Positions 34,323 through 45,323 of a DNA stretch of 49,262 nt are shown here, piece after piece. The DNA comes from a virus (taxonomy: Duplodnaviria > Caudoviricetes), in the IMG/VR virus record IMGVR_UViG_3300035140_000023, positions 1 to 49,262 of that record. The stretch is one strand, 5' to 3'. Under the pieces are notes generated by a model that made no database searches, was not told the origin of the DNA, and saw nothing but the letters and a program-made list of their open reading frames with translations. The first letter of the stretch is position 1; each line of letters opens with the position of its first letter. A program made the translations under genes and the position numbers.

Positions 34323-34759
34323 TGGCGAGTTTTACACCCAACCAACAAATTGCCGCAGGGCATAACAATGCCGCCGGACTAACGCTTGTCAGCAGTCTAA
34401 CCGATGCCAATGGCGTTAAACTGGTCATGCCGCGTGCGCTGCCCTTCACTGAACAAGGGCAGTTAATTGTACGGCCCAATGCCAGTCCCGCCTATCGTGG
34501 TAATGATACTCAGGACTGGGAATTTAGCGTCTTGCTGTTAACCCAATACTATCTTCTGCGCACTACCTACACCGGATTAGTGACGGTGAAAGTCTGTATT
34601 GATGGGTCAACGTTTGCCGATTACAACGCCAGCGCATGGATAGACGAGAAAACCGCCGGTCAGTACGGGTATGCGCAAGGAACCACTTACGCACCGGATT
34701 TCGTCGGGCCTGCGCTGCGCGGTATTCGTTTGCATTTGATATTGACTGAGGCGTTGTAA
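34322..34759 (+). CDS. Distal tail protein (putative)
   Basis: Directly follows the TMP; 145 aa. Confidence 0.55.
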   Translation: MASFTPNQQIAAGHNNAAGLTLVSSLTDANGVKLVMPRALPFTEQGQLIVRPNASPAYRGNDTQDWEFSVLLLTQYYLLRTTYTGLVTVKVCIDGSTFADYNASAWIDEKTAGQYGYAQGTTYAPDFVGPALRGIRLHLILTEAL

Positions 34760-37617
34760 TGCCCTTCCCATCCCAACTCAGCGCCGGACAATTAACACAA
34801 TCGCGCAAGACGCGCCAATGGTTTCGCCAGTATCTTGTTTTTTGCCCTTCGGATGTGATTTGGCAGACGCAACCCTTAGCCCAAGTTGATGGCAGTACAC
34901 CCTACATTGATTTTGACTGGGATGGGACTGACCAGGGGGATAGGGCGGATGTACGCGAGGGCATGACGGTACTGATTAGCACCACCACCGATTACAAAGC
35001 GACTGCCATTTATCGGGGGCGTGTGCGGTTGGCTCCCGATGCGACCACGTTCTATATTGATGAAAACAGTACCAACCTGGAAACCACCTACTATGTCACG
35101 GTACTGGACGATTACGATATTCACGAGCGATTGGAACAGCGCATTAGCAATGTTGCCTATATTGACGGGAGCTTGACCTACGAGACAATACCCCCGCTCA
35201 TTTCCGGTTTGCAGTCGGCATATGTGGATATATCGGGTAGTGCAACGGTCAACTTTACGTTTACGGCTACGGCAGAGGCAACTGCCAACGGTGCCAGTAT
35301 CAGCACCTATCTTTGGGAAGTTGATGACGGCACGATCAACAGCGGGGCGGGAACAGCCAGCATTGACGTAGACTTTCCGGGCTATGCCACCAATGAGCAT
35401 CGGTGGGTACGGTTAACGGTCACAGACGATAACGGGGTAAGTAACTATTTCGTATTTGAAGTGTACACGGTCAGTCTAGCCGATACCAGTAGCAGTGTCA
35501 TTAAGCTGGATACTGGGGATGTGCAAATCAGTGCTACCCTTGACGAAGGGTTTAACGCCTCTATTCGTGCCTGGGATGGTATCAGCACGGTGTTAGACCG
35601 GACGCGCTGCACAATCTTTAGTGTGGACAATTACGATGGCACGGCAACCCCGATTACCCAGAATGTCGCTTTTGTAGGGCGGCTCAGTCTGGAAAACAGC
35701 ACGACCGCTGGCGACCAACAATATGGCACGCTGCAAGACACCACCTTTACCATAGAAGGATTCGCCACTCAACTCCTAGCGTTGCATGGGCCGGGGTTGT
35801 ATCTGACCAGCAATAGCAGCCCAAGCGCATGGGGGCAAATTGAGGCGTTGACGATCAAACGCGCCATTGTTCACATGCTGGCACGGTACAGCACCTTTCT
35901 TACCGTGTCGGGGTTAACATTTAATTCGGATGCCGCCGATTTCCGATGGGACGAATTTGTTATCCAGGAGGCCAGTCTCTTAGCCTGGATTGAAAGTGTT
36001 GATAACCCAACCCATACCCGCCTCATGTTTGCAGCGGATGGGCAAAGCACCCTCCAGCATGACGCACGGCTGGACGGCACCGACGGCTTAACCACCATTA
36101 TTGATTTTGTGGTAGACAGCAGTGGCGATTGTGATATGGTGAATTTTGGATTATCGCGCCAATATCGTCCTACACATTCGCAGGCGGTTATCGGGGCCGC
36201 AACGTATAACACCACCAGCAATAGCAGCACGGTCTACAAAGGCCGCGCCCCGGCGCAAACATTCGGGCCGGGATGGGAAACGGCACTTCTGAACGGGTTA
36301 ATTATGCCCGCTAATTTGAGCAATGCCGATGCCATTACGCAGGTATCCACCTGGACGGGCAACTATTTCGCCAATCTGAATCCGGTACCTGAAATCACCC
36401 TGGAATTTATGCCGGGGTACTATTGGCTTGTACCTACCGTTCACCAGTTGTATAGCTTTACAATTGCCGCCGCCGATACCACACGCGGTATTGCCTACAC
36501 GACCAGCGATAAATGGCTATGTGTGCAAGCGGATTACAGTTACAACGCCGAGCGGGGGTACTATATCCCAACCGGGCGCTTTGTGTATGTGGCAACGGGC
36601 GGAAATGTGGGCATTTGGGCGGACGTTGTACCGCCAGTTAGCAGCCTGGAATTACCTGCCTTACCGGGTATTAATGCCGGGTTGGAACCGCTTAACCCGT
36701 TAATTAACCTGCCTATTGACGATGGCGACATTGCCTTACCGGGTGGCGATTGGGGACAAACGCAACCGAACCCAACCGTCAACCCGCCCATTAACTGCGA
36801 ACTCCTGAATGTGAGCATGAAGACCGGGCAAATTGTCACGACAACCGGCATTACAGTTTTTGGTGAGCCGTATCTTGTTACCGTCGAGGGCGATGGCATT
36901 GTTCAAGCCGCTGGCGATTGGACACGGTATTACGAATTTGACGAGACATTCACCGAAGGGTGGACGGTTATTCAGGGGCAATGGGCAAACCCAACTAATT
37001 TATTTACCTCGATTGTTGGCAGCAATAACCAGGCGGTTATTGAACAAAATTTTAGCGGCTTTGATGGGTTGGAAACAGTCCGTATTCACCGCACATGGAA
37101 TCAGGTTGTAAAAACCGGTCAGGGTATCCAGGTCACGGTAACACATTCGGGAGGTTCCGATGTCCTGGCGGCTTCTATTGGTTCGGGGGCTACCGCGTTT
37201 ATTGATGTTGATATGCCTGCACCGCGTGACGGTGTGACCTACATTGAAATTGAACTACGTCATAATACCGTAGGAGATGGTGGGTCAGCCTCAATTATCG
37301 ATTTTTCACTTATAGGCAATAGCAATAATCCACCGCCCGGTACTGTTTCCCCAAGCGCTCAGTATGGTGATGCGTTTTATTATGGATACGGCGCAGGGAG
37401 TGGAAATGCCGAATTGTACCCATTTTCCAACGGTTTCCAGGTTGACAGCGCAAGACCTTCAGGTATCCCGACCTACCAAAGCAATCACGTGTACCAGTTT
37501 ATTACAACCGGTACAGGTTCACCTTTAGGTTTCCGCTTTTTGGAAACGGATTACAGTGACAATAGCAACAACCAACTCAGGGTAACGTGCTGCGGGCAAG
37601 GAATGACACAGGCATGA
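34759..37617 (+). CDS. Tail tip/hub protein with PKD-like and C-terminal beta domains
   Basis: 952 aa; 'STYLWE...VRLTVTDDNG' PKD motif; Pro-rich linker. Confidence 0.7.
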   Translation: MPFPSQLSAGQLTQSRKTRQWFRQYLVFCPSDVIWQTQPLAQVDGSTPYIDFDWDGTDQGDRADVREGMTVLISTTTDYKATAIYRGRVRLAPDATTFYIDENSTNLETTYYVTVLDDYDIHERLEQRISNVAYIDGSLTYETIPPLISGLQSAYVDISGSATVNFTFTATAEATANGASISTYLWEVDDGTINSGAGTASIDVDFPGYATNEHRWVRLTVTDDNGVSNYFVFEVYTVSLADTSSSVIKLDTGDVQISATLDEGFNASIRAWDGISTVLDRTRCTIFSVDNYDGTATPITQNVAFVGRLSLENSTTAGDQQYGTLQDTTFTIEGFATQLLALHGPGLYLTSNSSPSAWGQIEALTIKRAIVHMLARYSTFLTVSGLTFNSDAADFRWDEFVIQEASLLAWIESVDNPTHTRLMFAADGQSTLQHDARLDGTDGLTTIIDFVVDSSGDCDMVNFGLSRQYRPTHSQAVIGAATYNTTSNSSTVYKGRAPAQTFGPGWETALLNGLIMPANLSNADAITQVSTWTGNYFANLNPVPEITLEFMPGYYWLVPTVHQLYSFTIAAADTTRGIAYTTSDKWLCVQADYSYNAERGYYIPTGRFVYVATGGNVGIWADVVPPVSSLELPALPGINAGLEPLNPLINLPIDDGDIALPGGDWGQTQPNPTVNPPINCELLNVSMKTGQIVTTTGITVFGEPYLVTVEGDGIVQAAGDWTRYYEFDETFTEGWTVIQGQWANPTNLFTSIVGSNNQAVIEQNFSGFDGLETVRIHRTWNQVVKTGQGIQVTVTHSGGSDVLAASIGSGATAFIDVDMPAPRDGVTYIEIELRHNTVGDGGSASIIDFSLIGNSNNPPPGTVSPSAQYGDAFYYGYGAGSGNAELYPFSNGFQVDSARPSGIPTYQSNHVYQFITTGTGSPLGFRFLETDYSDNSNNQLRVTCCGQGMTQA

Positions 37618-38459
37618 AACCGTACTATCGTCGCCAAATTGTTCTTCATTTGATAGTAATTAACCTGATTCTATTGGGTATTCTCAGCACCACAATGGCC
37701 TTAGAGCGCTATGTAAACTCTCCCCCCGATTGGATAGAATCACCTTTACTACCAGATGGACTGCGTACCGGCATGTTGAATTTAGTACCGGGCTTTTCAG
37801 GTGTGTCTGACAACGGTATACGCTATACAATCAATTCTCATGGTTTTCGAGATGACCCTATTATGATGGATAAACAACACGTGCTATTTGTGGGGGATAG
37901 CACTACATTCGGGCTGAATATTGCGCATAAGCACACTTTTGCCGAAATCTGGGAACAATCTGTGAGCGATAAATGGCAAGCCATTAATGCAGCGGCACCC
38001 GGACATGGTACAGTAACAGAATACGCTCTCTTGAACACACTTTATGCTGATGGATTTCACCCGGAATGGGTTGTTGTTGGATATTATGCCACGAATCCAG
38101 CAAATGGAATATGGGATAATACAACCTGGGATATGAGTAAAAAATATCTGAAATTAATTCGTATACTGACCACCGAAAACGAATCGAAATTGCTTATTGT
38201 ATACCTACCACGATCTAAAGATGAAATTTATGGAGCATCAGTGGCGCGCGATACAATAGCGGATTTTGCCCGTCAAGAACAGATTCCTTTTTTAGATGGA
38301 ACCAATATATATCGCATGTATATGGATATGCACCAATTAACCCAGATACCCGATGGTTTTTACAGTGTCATAAAGCCTGATGGAGAAGGGGATATTGGGC
38401 ATCCTGGCATCCTTGCCAGTCACTTACTAGGGCAAGCGATTGCAGAGGTTATTCACTAA
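37614..38459 (+). CDS. Membrane-anchored SGNH/GDSL hydrolase
   Basis: N-terminal TM; 'INSHGFRD', 'FVGDSTTFG', 'INAAAPG', 'DIGHP'; AT-rich. Confidence 0.85.
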   Translation: MKPYYRRQIVLHLIVINLILLGILSTTMALERYVNSPPDWIESPLLPDGLRTGMLNLVPGFSGVSDNGIRYTINSHGFRDDPIMMDKQHVLFVGDSTTFGLNIAHKHTFAEIWEQSVSDKWQAINAAAPGHGTVTEYALLNTLYADGFHPEWVVVGYYATNPANGIWDNTTWDMSKKYLKLIRILTTENESKLLIVYLPRSKDEIYGASVARDTIADFARQEQIPFLDGTNIYRMYMDMHQLTQIPDGFYSVIKPDGEGDIGHPGILASHLLGQAIAEVIH

Positions 38460-39370
38460 TGTTGTATGAACCGCGCATTCGCCGGGTACGTCAGCAAGTC
38501 TTACGTGAAAAAACCGCCCGTGTGGGTATCTTGGGTGACGATACCGGGTCAACGGTATATGCCGGAAAAAGCCGCTATTACGTGCGCTTTCCCGCCGGTA
38601 CCGATAGCAATGGCGACACCATATACACCACTGCCTTACCTATTCGCTATGCCGCGTCGTCAGGCATCCTCGAAAAAGTCGGGGTTAAGGTGTTGGTGCA
38701 AATTGATTATGATGGGCATGAATCCATCATGCGAATGGCAGCGGATTGGTTTGTCGATAACGATATTGACAGCCGCATTGCCAATGCATCGTCTGCCTAT
38801 CGCGTTACCGGATGGGTACTGCTGCGCAATGTGGTGCGTATGGTCACACGCGCGGTAGGCTCTGCCGCTGGAACCGCCAGTACCTTACTCACCATTCGGG
38901 AAAACCCGCATTTTGTTGACGACGCGCTGGACTGGTGGAGTTATACAGGAACCGTCAACGAAGCGGATAAGGTGGATTTAGCAGCCTACATTCCCGCTGC
39001 CGATACCCATTGCATTGCCATTGTCTGGTTTGATACCTACCAACAAGACTATCTTGTGACCGCCTCCACTGCCCAAGCGTTGACCAGCGGATTCGATAGC
39101 ACCGATTACGACGAATGCTATGCCCAACTACTGCACAACGAATACATGCCGTTGGTCGCCTATGAATTGAGTGACGCGCAGACCAGTGTAACGGATGACA
39201 ACCTGCTGAATGACCTACGCCAGTTTATGAACGCGCCTAAAGTCTATGGGTTTCCGAATCCGATACCTAGTGATAAATCGATTCTTATTCGCAGTACCCA
39301 TCAGGAAATCGTTTATGATTTGACGGTTGCAGGAAGTTTAACCGTTGAGGGAGACTTGTTAGTCCTATGA
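38459..39370 (+). CDS. Minor tail protein
   Basis: Position in the tail module; coupled. Confidence 0.6.
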   Translation: MLYEPRIRRVRQQVLREKTARVGILGDDTGSTVYAGKSRYYVRFPAGTDSNGDTIYTTALPIRYAASSGILEKVGVKVLVQIDYDGHESIMRMAADWFVDNDIDSRIANASSAYRVTGWVLLRNVVRMVTRAVGSAAGTASTLLTIRENPHFVDDALDWWSYTGTVNEADKVDLAAYIPAADTHCIAIVWFDTYQQDYLVTASTAQALTSGFDSTDYDECYAQLLHNEYMPLVAYELSDAQTSVTDDNLLNDLRQFMNAPKVYGFPNPIPSDKSILIRSTHQEIVYDLTVAGSLTVEGDLLVL

Positions 39371-42297
39371 GTATTGTACGCACAGCCCAAATTGTCCACA
39401 GGGATAAAACCACGCTTACTATTTCCAGTGGCGTTGTTACCCGCACACAAGATTACCATGTGATTGCGGCGGAAAGTGGTACATCAGATGAATTAGATAC
39501 CATCAATTTGGATGGTACAACCAACTATACCGTTAACAGTATTACCTATCGACCTCGTGTAATGCTTGTTGCTGATGCTGGCGACACCATTACGCTCAAA
39601 CATGGTACAGGAAATATTGATCTTCCTAACGATAGTGACGTTACGTTGACTGATGATGCCTATCTGATTTTGTTTTATGATGGGACAAATTGGTTGGCAT
39701 TGGCAGCAGTGAATGTTACCGGCCTTGCTAACCCCGTTGATCTCATTCAATGGAACACCGCCTATTCTCCCGGCGCGCACAATACCGGCAATATGTATTG
39801 GGATAGTACCAATAAAACGATTGCCATTGAATTGGAAGGCTCAGAGGTTATTCTGCAAGTGGGTCAGGAAGGAAATGTTTATGCGCTAAATAATTCTGGT
39901 GGACAAATTGACAATGGGGAAGTGGTTTATGTATCGGGTGTATCCGGTAGTCAAGTTACAGTTGCTTTAGCCCAGGCCGATGCCGCTGCAACAGCAACGG
40001 TATTAGGTGTGGCGACAGAAGACATTGCCAATAGCGCAAATGGATATATTACCTTGTGGGGTGTTGTACGAGATTTTGATACCAGCGCGTTTAATGCTGG
40101 AGACTTGGTGTATCTATCTGCAACTACTCCTGGGGCATTGACCGCAACAAAACCGGATGAGCCGAATTTACAGCGCCGAATTGGTGAGGTATTAACTAAA
40201 GATGCCAGTACAGGCAGTATACGTGTCTGTATTGCAGATGAAATCACCCTGAATGATTTGTCAGACAACACCCAGGATATTTTAGGGTTAGCCAACGGCG
40301 CAACGTTGGACACAGCCTCTGTTGATGTGGATAGCAATGGGTCAACGATCACTTGTACAGTGGATAATAGCGCATCTCCTGGGAGTGATATCGTTATTAA
40401 ATTCAGTACCGGTTTGTATTATTGGAGTATGTCGGATAGTGTAGCGTTGACCGCCGGAACAGATACAGTTCCGGTTCGAAATTATGTATATCTTCTGGAA
40501 AGCACTAAAACACTCACCGCTTCTACATCAGGTTGGCCTGCAACGGAACACGCGCCTATAGTGGATGTCTATTGTCAATCAGCAGCCAGTTTGCAAACCG
40601 ATGGAGCCTATAAAGTTCATGTGTGGACAGACCACACTTACCGCACATCAACCGGACAGGGACACCTGAGCCATGTTAACTATTGGATACGCCAACAAAA
40701 TGCAACGTATCAATCAGGAGTAGTCCCATCATTTAGTGGAAGCGGTACCGGTACAATTGGACTGGGTACAACTTCGGGCGTAGTTCTACAATTACATACT
40801 CATGCATTCCCGGCATTCTCTGACCCGGCAACCGTATATGTAGTCAATGATTCAGGGACGGCATTTAACGAGATTACCAATCTGGGGTCTGGTATTACGA
40901 CCGATAGTACCGGGGCTACGTTAACCAATAAATATTATGCGCTCATCTTCTGGGGTTGTGTCAGTGAGGATAGCGCAGACTGCAAAATCTATTGCAATGT
41001 TCCTGGTGGCTCCTATAATTCCTATGCTGCGGCTCGTACCGATGCCGATGGATACAACAATTTTAGTATTCCTACTGAATTTAAGGGGACGGGTTTTCTT
41101 ATTTATCGCCTCGTTATGCGTAATAATTCCGGTACCAGTTGGACGCTCGATACCGGAGGCGCGGGTGATGATTTGCGGGGTACGATACCCGGCACAACAG
41201 CGGGAAGCTCATCAACGTTAGCCACCGATTTCTCCGATGCGCAATTCACAATCTTTAATAATGCCGACAATACCAAAGAATTGGAATTTGATGTAAGCGG
41301 GGTTACAACCAGTACAACGCGCACACTGACGGCACCTGATAGTGATGGTACGATTGCTTTAACCAGTGACTTAACCGCCTACGCCCTACTTGCCGGACGT
41401 GCAGGCGGGCAGATTTTGCGGGGCGGTACCGCTGCCAATGACGATTTGAACCTGCAATCCACCAGCAACGCCACCAAAGGCGATTACATTTTTGGAGACA
41501 TTGTTAAGCGCGGGCGCTTGTACTTTCCCGCCTTAGACGGCGTGTTATCAGTCTTGCAAGATAACTACGCCTCCACTATTGACCCGACAGTGGATTATGA
41601 CGTTGACGGCGGGTGGATAGTCGGTTCCATTATTCTGAACACCACAGATGATAAGGCATGGATATGCCTGGACAACACCGACGGCGCGGCGGTCTGGAAA
41701 GAGATAAGCCACCCTATGACCACTGCTGGCGACGTATTGTATTTTAATGGTACATTGCTAACCCGCCTTGCCATTGGTACGGCTGACCAGGTGTTGACGG
41801 TCAATGCCGGAGCCACCGCGCCCGAATGGGCAGACGCAGGCGGGGGCGGGTTGTACGAATCCATTGCTATCCTCCGTGACGAAAAAGCTGCCGATACCAA
41901 TGGGGGCGGTGCAAGCGCGACAACCTGGAATGCACGAGACTTGAATACTGAAGTCTATGACGGCGACAATATTGTAAGCATATCCAGCAACCAATTTACC
42001 CCCGTAGCAGGAACCTATCATATCCACGTCACGGCTACAGTATTTAATGTAAGCAGCCACCGGATTCGTTTGTACAATGTTACTGGAACAGCCACAGTTG
42101 ATGAGGGGATGAACAATACCGCTGCTAGCATCACACAACAAAATCACCTGGATACGGTTTTTACAGCGAATGGCACCGATGCCTACCGAATTGACCATTA
42201 CACGCAATCGGCACAGGCCAGCACCGGCTTAGGTGTAAAGCAAAACATCGGTATAAATGAAGTGTACATGACCATTGTATTGGAGAAATTCGCCTAA
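39367..42297 (+). CDS. Mosaic tail fibre/receptor-binding protein
   Basis: 976 aa, Thr/Gly/Ser-rich; several typical fibre modules; C-terminal beta-sandwich. Confidence 0.75.
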   Translation: MSIVRTAQIVHRDKTTLTISSGVVTRTQDYHVIAAESGTSDELDTINLDGTTNYTVNSITYRPRVMLVADAGDTITLKHGTGNIDLPNDSDVTLTDDAYLILFYDGTNWLALAAVNVTGLANPVDLIQWNTAYSPGAHNTGNMYWDSTNKTIAIELEGSEVILQVGQEGNVYALNNSGGQIDNGEVVYVSGVSGSQVTVALAQADAAATATVLGVATEDIANSANGYITLWGVVRDFDTSAFNAGDLVYLSATTPGALTATKPDEPNLQRRIGEVLTKDASTGSIRVCIADEITLNDLSDNTQDILGLANGATLDTASVDVDSNGSTITCTVDNSASPGSDIVIKFSTGLYYWSMSDSVALTAGTDTVPVRNYVYLLESTKTLTASTSGWPATEHAPIVDVYCQSAASLQTDGAYKVHVWTDHTYRTSTGQGHLSHVNYWIRQQNATYQSGVVPSFSGSGTGTIGLGTTSGVVLQLHTHAFPAFSDPATVYVVNDSGTAFNEITNLGSGITTDSTGATLTNKYYALIFWGCVSEDSADCKIYCNVPGGSYNSYAAARTDADGYNNFSIPTEFKGTGFLIYRLVMRNNSGTSWTLDTGGAGDDLRGTIPGTTAGSSSTLATDFSDAQFTIFNNADNTKELEFDVSGVTTSTTRTLTAPDSDGTIALTSDLTAYALLAGRAGGQILRGGTAANDDLNLQSTSNATKGDYIFGDIVKRGRLYFPALDGVLSVLQDNYASTIDPTVDYDVDGGWIVGSIILNTTDDKAWICLDNTDGAAVWKEISHPMTTAGDVLYFNGTLLTRLAIGTADQVLTVNAGATAPEWADAGGGGLYESIAILRDEKAADTNGGGASATTWNARDLNTEVYDGDNIVSISSNQFTPVAGTYHIHVTATVFNVSSHRIRLYNVTGTATVDEGMNNTAASITQQNHLDTVFTANGTDAYRIDHYTQSAQASTGLGVKQNIGINEVYMTIVLEKFA

Positions 42298-42710
42298 TGG
42301 CTACACAAGAACAAATTCAGAAACTAGCGGAAAATTGGTCGCCAATCATCAAACAGATATACCCTGCAATAGACTTTATTCCCAAAGGCGACCCGGATAC
42401 TCTTGAAACGCTGTTGGCGAATTGGGAACAGGCCCCGCCGGGATTTACTGCGCCAACCGAACAGCAATTGCTGGATGGGCTGGCAGTGGTGCAATCGGAG
42501 ATTGCCGCTGCTGATGTTGCCCAAGCAATCGAAGATACGGCCCAGTCTGGATGGGATAACATACCCAATTGGGCAACCTGGACGGCAGAGGAGGCCGAAA
42601 CCTGGATTGAAACCAATGTCACCAATTTTGCTGAGGCGAAAGTAGTCTTGAAGAAACAAGCAGTTGCCATTATGTGGCTGGCCGACAAAGTATTTCCCAA
42701 TCGACGATAA
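42297..42710 (+). CDS. Tail fibre assembly-like protein (XkdW-like)
   Basis: Follows the fibre; 'IKQIYP...W...PTEQQL'. Confidence 0.5.
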   Translation: MATQEQIQKLAENWSPIIKQIYPAIDFIPKGDPDTLETLLANWEQAPPGFTAPTEQQLLDGLAVVQSEIAAADVAQAIEDTAQSGWDNIPNWATWTAEEAETWIETNVTNFAEAKVVLKKQAVAIMWLADKVFPNRR

Positions 42711-42796
42711 CCGCAGACCCCCGCGTGGGGTGAACCACCGGGGGCGCGGTCAGGTAAAAGGAGCTTACCCAACATGCATATTGTAAGAGGAAAACT

Positions 42797-43567
42797 ATGA
42801 CTGACGCAAGCAACATAACCATAAACAAGGACGAACTGCGGTCACTCATAGACGAAGCTGTAAAGATGGGAATGTCGGATATTCCCACCACCGATGAAGT
42901 GGAGCGCATGATCGAAAACCGCCTTAGCAGTGCCGTTGTGCATTGGGGATCGGAAGTCGATGTCAAAATTGAGAAGGCCATTGACCGTACCTTTACGCCG
43001 ATGGTTGACGAAATGCGCAAACTGACCTCACAAATTGCGGTGTTGGTTGAGCAGATAAAACATGTGAATGCGGCGGTGCGGGATGTGAAAGACGATCAGA
43101 AGGACACCAAACAAAAAGTCGAATCATTAGATGATGAAATCCAGACGGTTAAAGAATCGCAACTGACGACTGTCAACCAAGTTGAGAGCCAGGAACGCGC
43201 CATTTTTGGCGACAAGACCCGCCCCGGTACCAAGTCTCTGTTTGACCATATCAGCGATTTAGGAAACGCCCTAGCCTCTGAGATGGGCAAGGGATTCAAA
43301 GAGATACAGGTGGCACGCGAGTTAGACCGCCAGGAAATGAGCCGCATTCGTACCGACACCGAAACCATTCGTGCGGATGTAGAAGCGAATAAGGAATGGC
43401 GCGAAAAACGGCAGAAGGTGGAGCGCTTTGTCATCCAGTCTATTCCCAATGCCGGGAAACGTATCGTCGCCGCTGCCAAAGATGATTTTGTCGTCAAGTG
43501 GGCAACCCGTATTGGTTTGGGCGGTGGTCTGGCAATCCTGGCCGCATTATTGGAGCGGTTACAATGA
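42797..43567 (+). CDS. Coiled-coil protein with C-terminal TM (lysis-associated)
   Basis: Long heptad region, hydrophobic C-terminus, upstream of the lysin. Confidence 0.6.
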   Translation: MTDASNITINKDELRSLIDEAVKMGMSDIPTTDEVERMIENRLSSAVVHWGSEVDVKIEKAIDRTFTPMVDEMRKLTSQIAVLVEQIKHVNAAVRDVKDDQKDTKQKVESLDDEIQTVKESQLTTVNQVESQERAIFGDKTRPGTKSLFDHISDLGNALASEMGKGFKEIQVARELDRQEMSRIRTDTETIRADVEANKEWREKRQKVERFVIQSIPNAGKRIVAAAKDDFVVKWATRIGLGGGLAILAALLERLQ

Positions 43568-45267
43568 ACCGGACATCCTACGTCGTATTGCCACCCCTGG
43601 ACGGCAACCAGAAACACGCCGTCCTCCAGCATATCCATGATTATCGCCCTGCCCTGGTGGTGTTCGTCAACGATTCCGGGTTGGCAGTGGAGGCCACAGA
43701 CGTAAGCCCGGAAACGCGGGTTATCTTTCGCCATTACCATCCCGATGATAGCAACTTATTTGAAACCATTAGCGCCAATGACTATGCCAGTTACATCACC
43801 CTGAATGGCGCATTGGACAAACGCATTTGGGTGTACATCTGGAACGAACCGGACACGCGCCCGAATAAATTGCCCGACCTGGTCAACAAAACCTTGCAGG
43901 TGGTAGACATCGTGGAGGCGTGGGGCTATCGGGCGGTGGTGGGGAATATCGGCACCGCCACCATTGAATTGAACACCATCGCCTCTGGTGTATTTGACCC
44001 GCTATTGTTACGGGCCGCAACATGGCCGCATCTTATGGCCTACCATACCTATACCGCCGTCCTGGTGCCGTTTGGTGTGGGCTACTGGTCAATGGATGAT
44101 CTCAAAGACCCGGCCAATGTGCAGCCGATATATTGGCCGGAGATTGAAACCATTAATAATCAACGGTATGTAGTCCCAGGTTATCGGGATTTTGCCTCAA
44201 TAGATGATATGCTTGCCGATTTAATGAGTGATGATCCGGATGGCTATCCTATTAGTGGACAAACGGACGTTACACCAGAACCAGGACATTATTGGCACAT
44301 CTTTCGTGAGGAATGGTTGCAAGCGCGGGCGGTTGAAATTGGCGCGGGGCGGCATGACTACGTTATCTTAGAAGGTCTGCTAGACCGGATGCCCGACATA
44401 AGCGGCAAGCCGGACAACATTTATACCTATCTGGAGCAGACCTACGGTGTACCGGACAACACGGGCGGCGAAATCCGGGGCGCGCCCACGTTGGAATATG
44501 TGTGGCGGGCATGGTGGCCGGATTGGTCATTTGACGAGGCACTTTGGCAGCAATGCCACTGGATGGAACGCAACGCGCCCGACGAGTGTCTAGGGTGGTG
44601 TTGGTTTGCCTGGGTTTTTGACCGGTTTACGAACAAAGAGCAGCGTTGGGAACCGGGCTACAATATCGGTGACCGCCCAGACTTCAAATCCCTGTTAACT
44701 AGAAATCGGGATGTTCCCGCCAAGCCTCCCGGCCCATCGCCTAGCCCAGACCCTGATCCGCCCCCGGAACCGTTACCCGATGCGCCACATTGGATGCTCC
44801 TATTTTTTGTTGGCGTAATCGGTGTTATACTGGGAGCCATTCTCTATTCGTTTATCCAGCCGCAACTGGCGGCACAAGGAGTGTATCCGATGGAAGGTAT
44901 TATGAATATTACCGAGGCCGGTGAATTGCTGGTGGCGATGGTTGCCGCTGTGATTGCCGGTGGAGCTGCCGCGCCGGTATTCACGCCGCTGGTTAACCTG
45001 GTCAAACTGATTCTCAAATTGGTCGGTCTGGAAGATAAAGTTACAGGCCAAACCATCAATGCCTGGGTTGCCGCGCTGGTTGTCATTGTGGCGTGGTTCT
45101 CTCAACACTGGGGTATGGAAGTCGAAGCGCAGACCGTTATGGATTGGTTGGTAATGATTATTCCGCCAGTGGTTACAGGTATCGCGCTGTTTACGGGTAA
45201 CAAATACGTGTATGAGACGGCGCAAAAACTAAACTTGCCGCTGTGGAAGTACCAACGCAGCGCCTAA
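43564..45267 (+). CDS. Putative endolysin: clan GH-A-like glycoside hydrolase fused to a multi-TM holin-like domain
   Basis: 'WNEPD', 'YHTY', 'ILEG' motifs; Pro-rich linker; about 4 TM helices at the C-terminus. Confidence 0.6.
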   Translation: MNRTSYVVLPPLDGNQKHAVLQHIHDYRPALVVFVNDSGLAVEATDVSPETRVIFRHYHPDDSNLFETISANDYASYITLNGALDKRIWVYIWNEPDTRPNKLPDLVNKTLQVVDIVEAWGYRAVVGNIGTATIELNTIASGVFDPLLLRAATWPHLMAYHTYTAVLVPFGVGYWSMDDLKDPANVQPIYWPEIETINNQRYVVPGYRDFASIDDMLADLMSDDPDGYPISGQTDVTPEPGHYWHIFREEWLQARAVEIGAGRHDYVILEGLLDRMPDISGKPDNIYTYLEQTYGVPDNTGGEIRGAPTLEYVWRAWWPDWSFDEALWQQCHWMERNAPDECLGWCWFAWVFDRFTNKEQRWEPGYNIGDRPDFKSLLTRNRDVPAKPPGPSPSPDPDPPPEPLPDAPHWMLLFFVGVIGVILGAILYSFIQPQLAAQGVYPMEGIMNITEAGELLVAMVAAVIAGGAAAPVFTPLVNLVKLILKLVGLEDKVTGQTINAWVAALVVIVAWFSQHWGMEVEAQTVMDWLVMIIPPVVTGIALFTGNKYVYETAQKLNLPLWKYQRSA

Positions 45268-45323
45268 ATAAAAGGGTGGGACTATGCAGTCTCACCTATC
45301 TATGCTATACTATTATCATATTG

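Noticed and set aside
39367-42297. DGR target in the tail fibre
   Set aside because: No reverse transcriptase or TR/VR repeat pair seen
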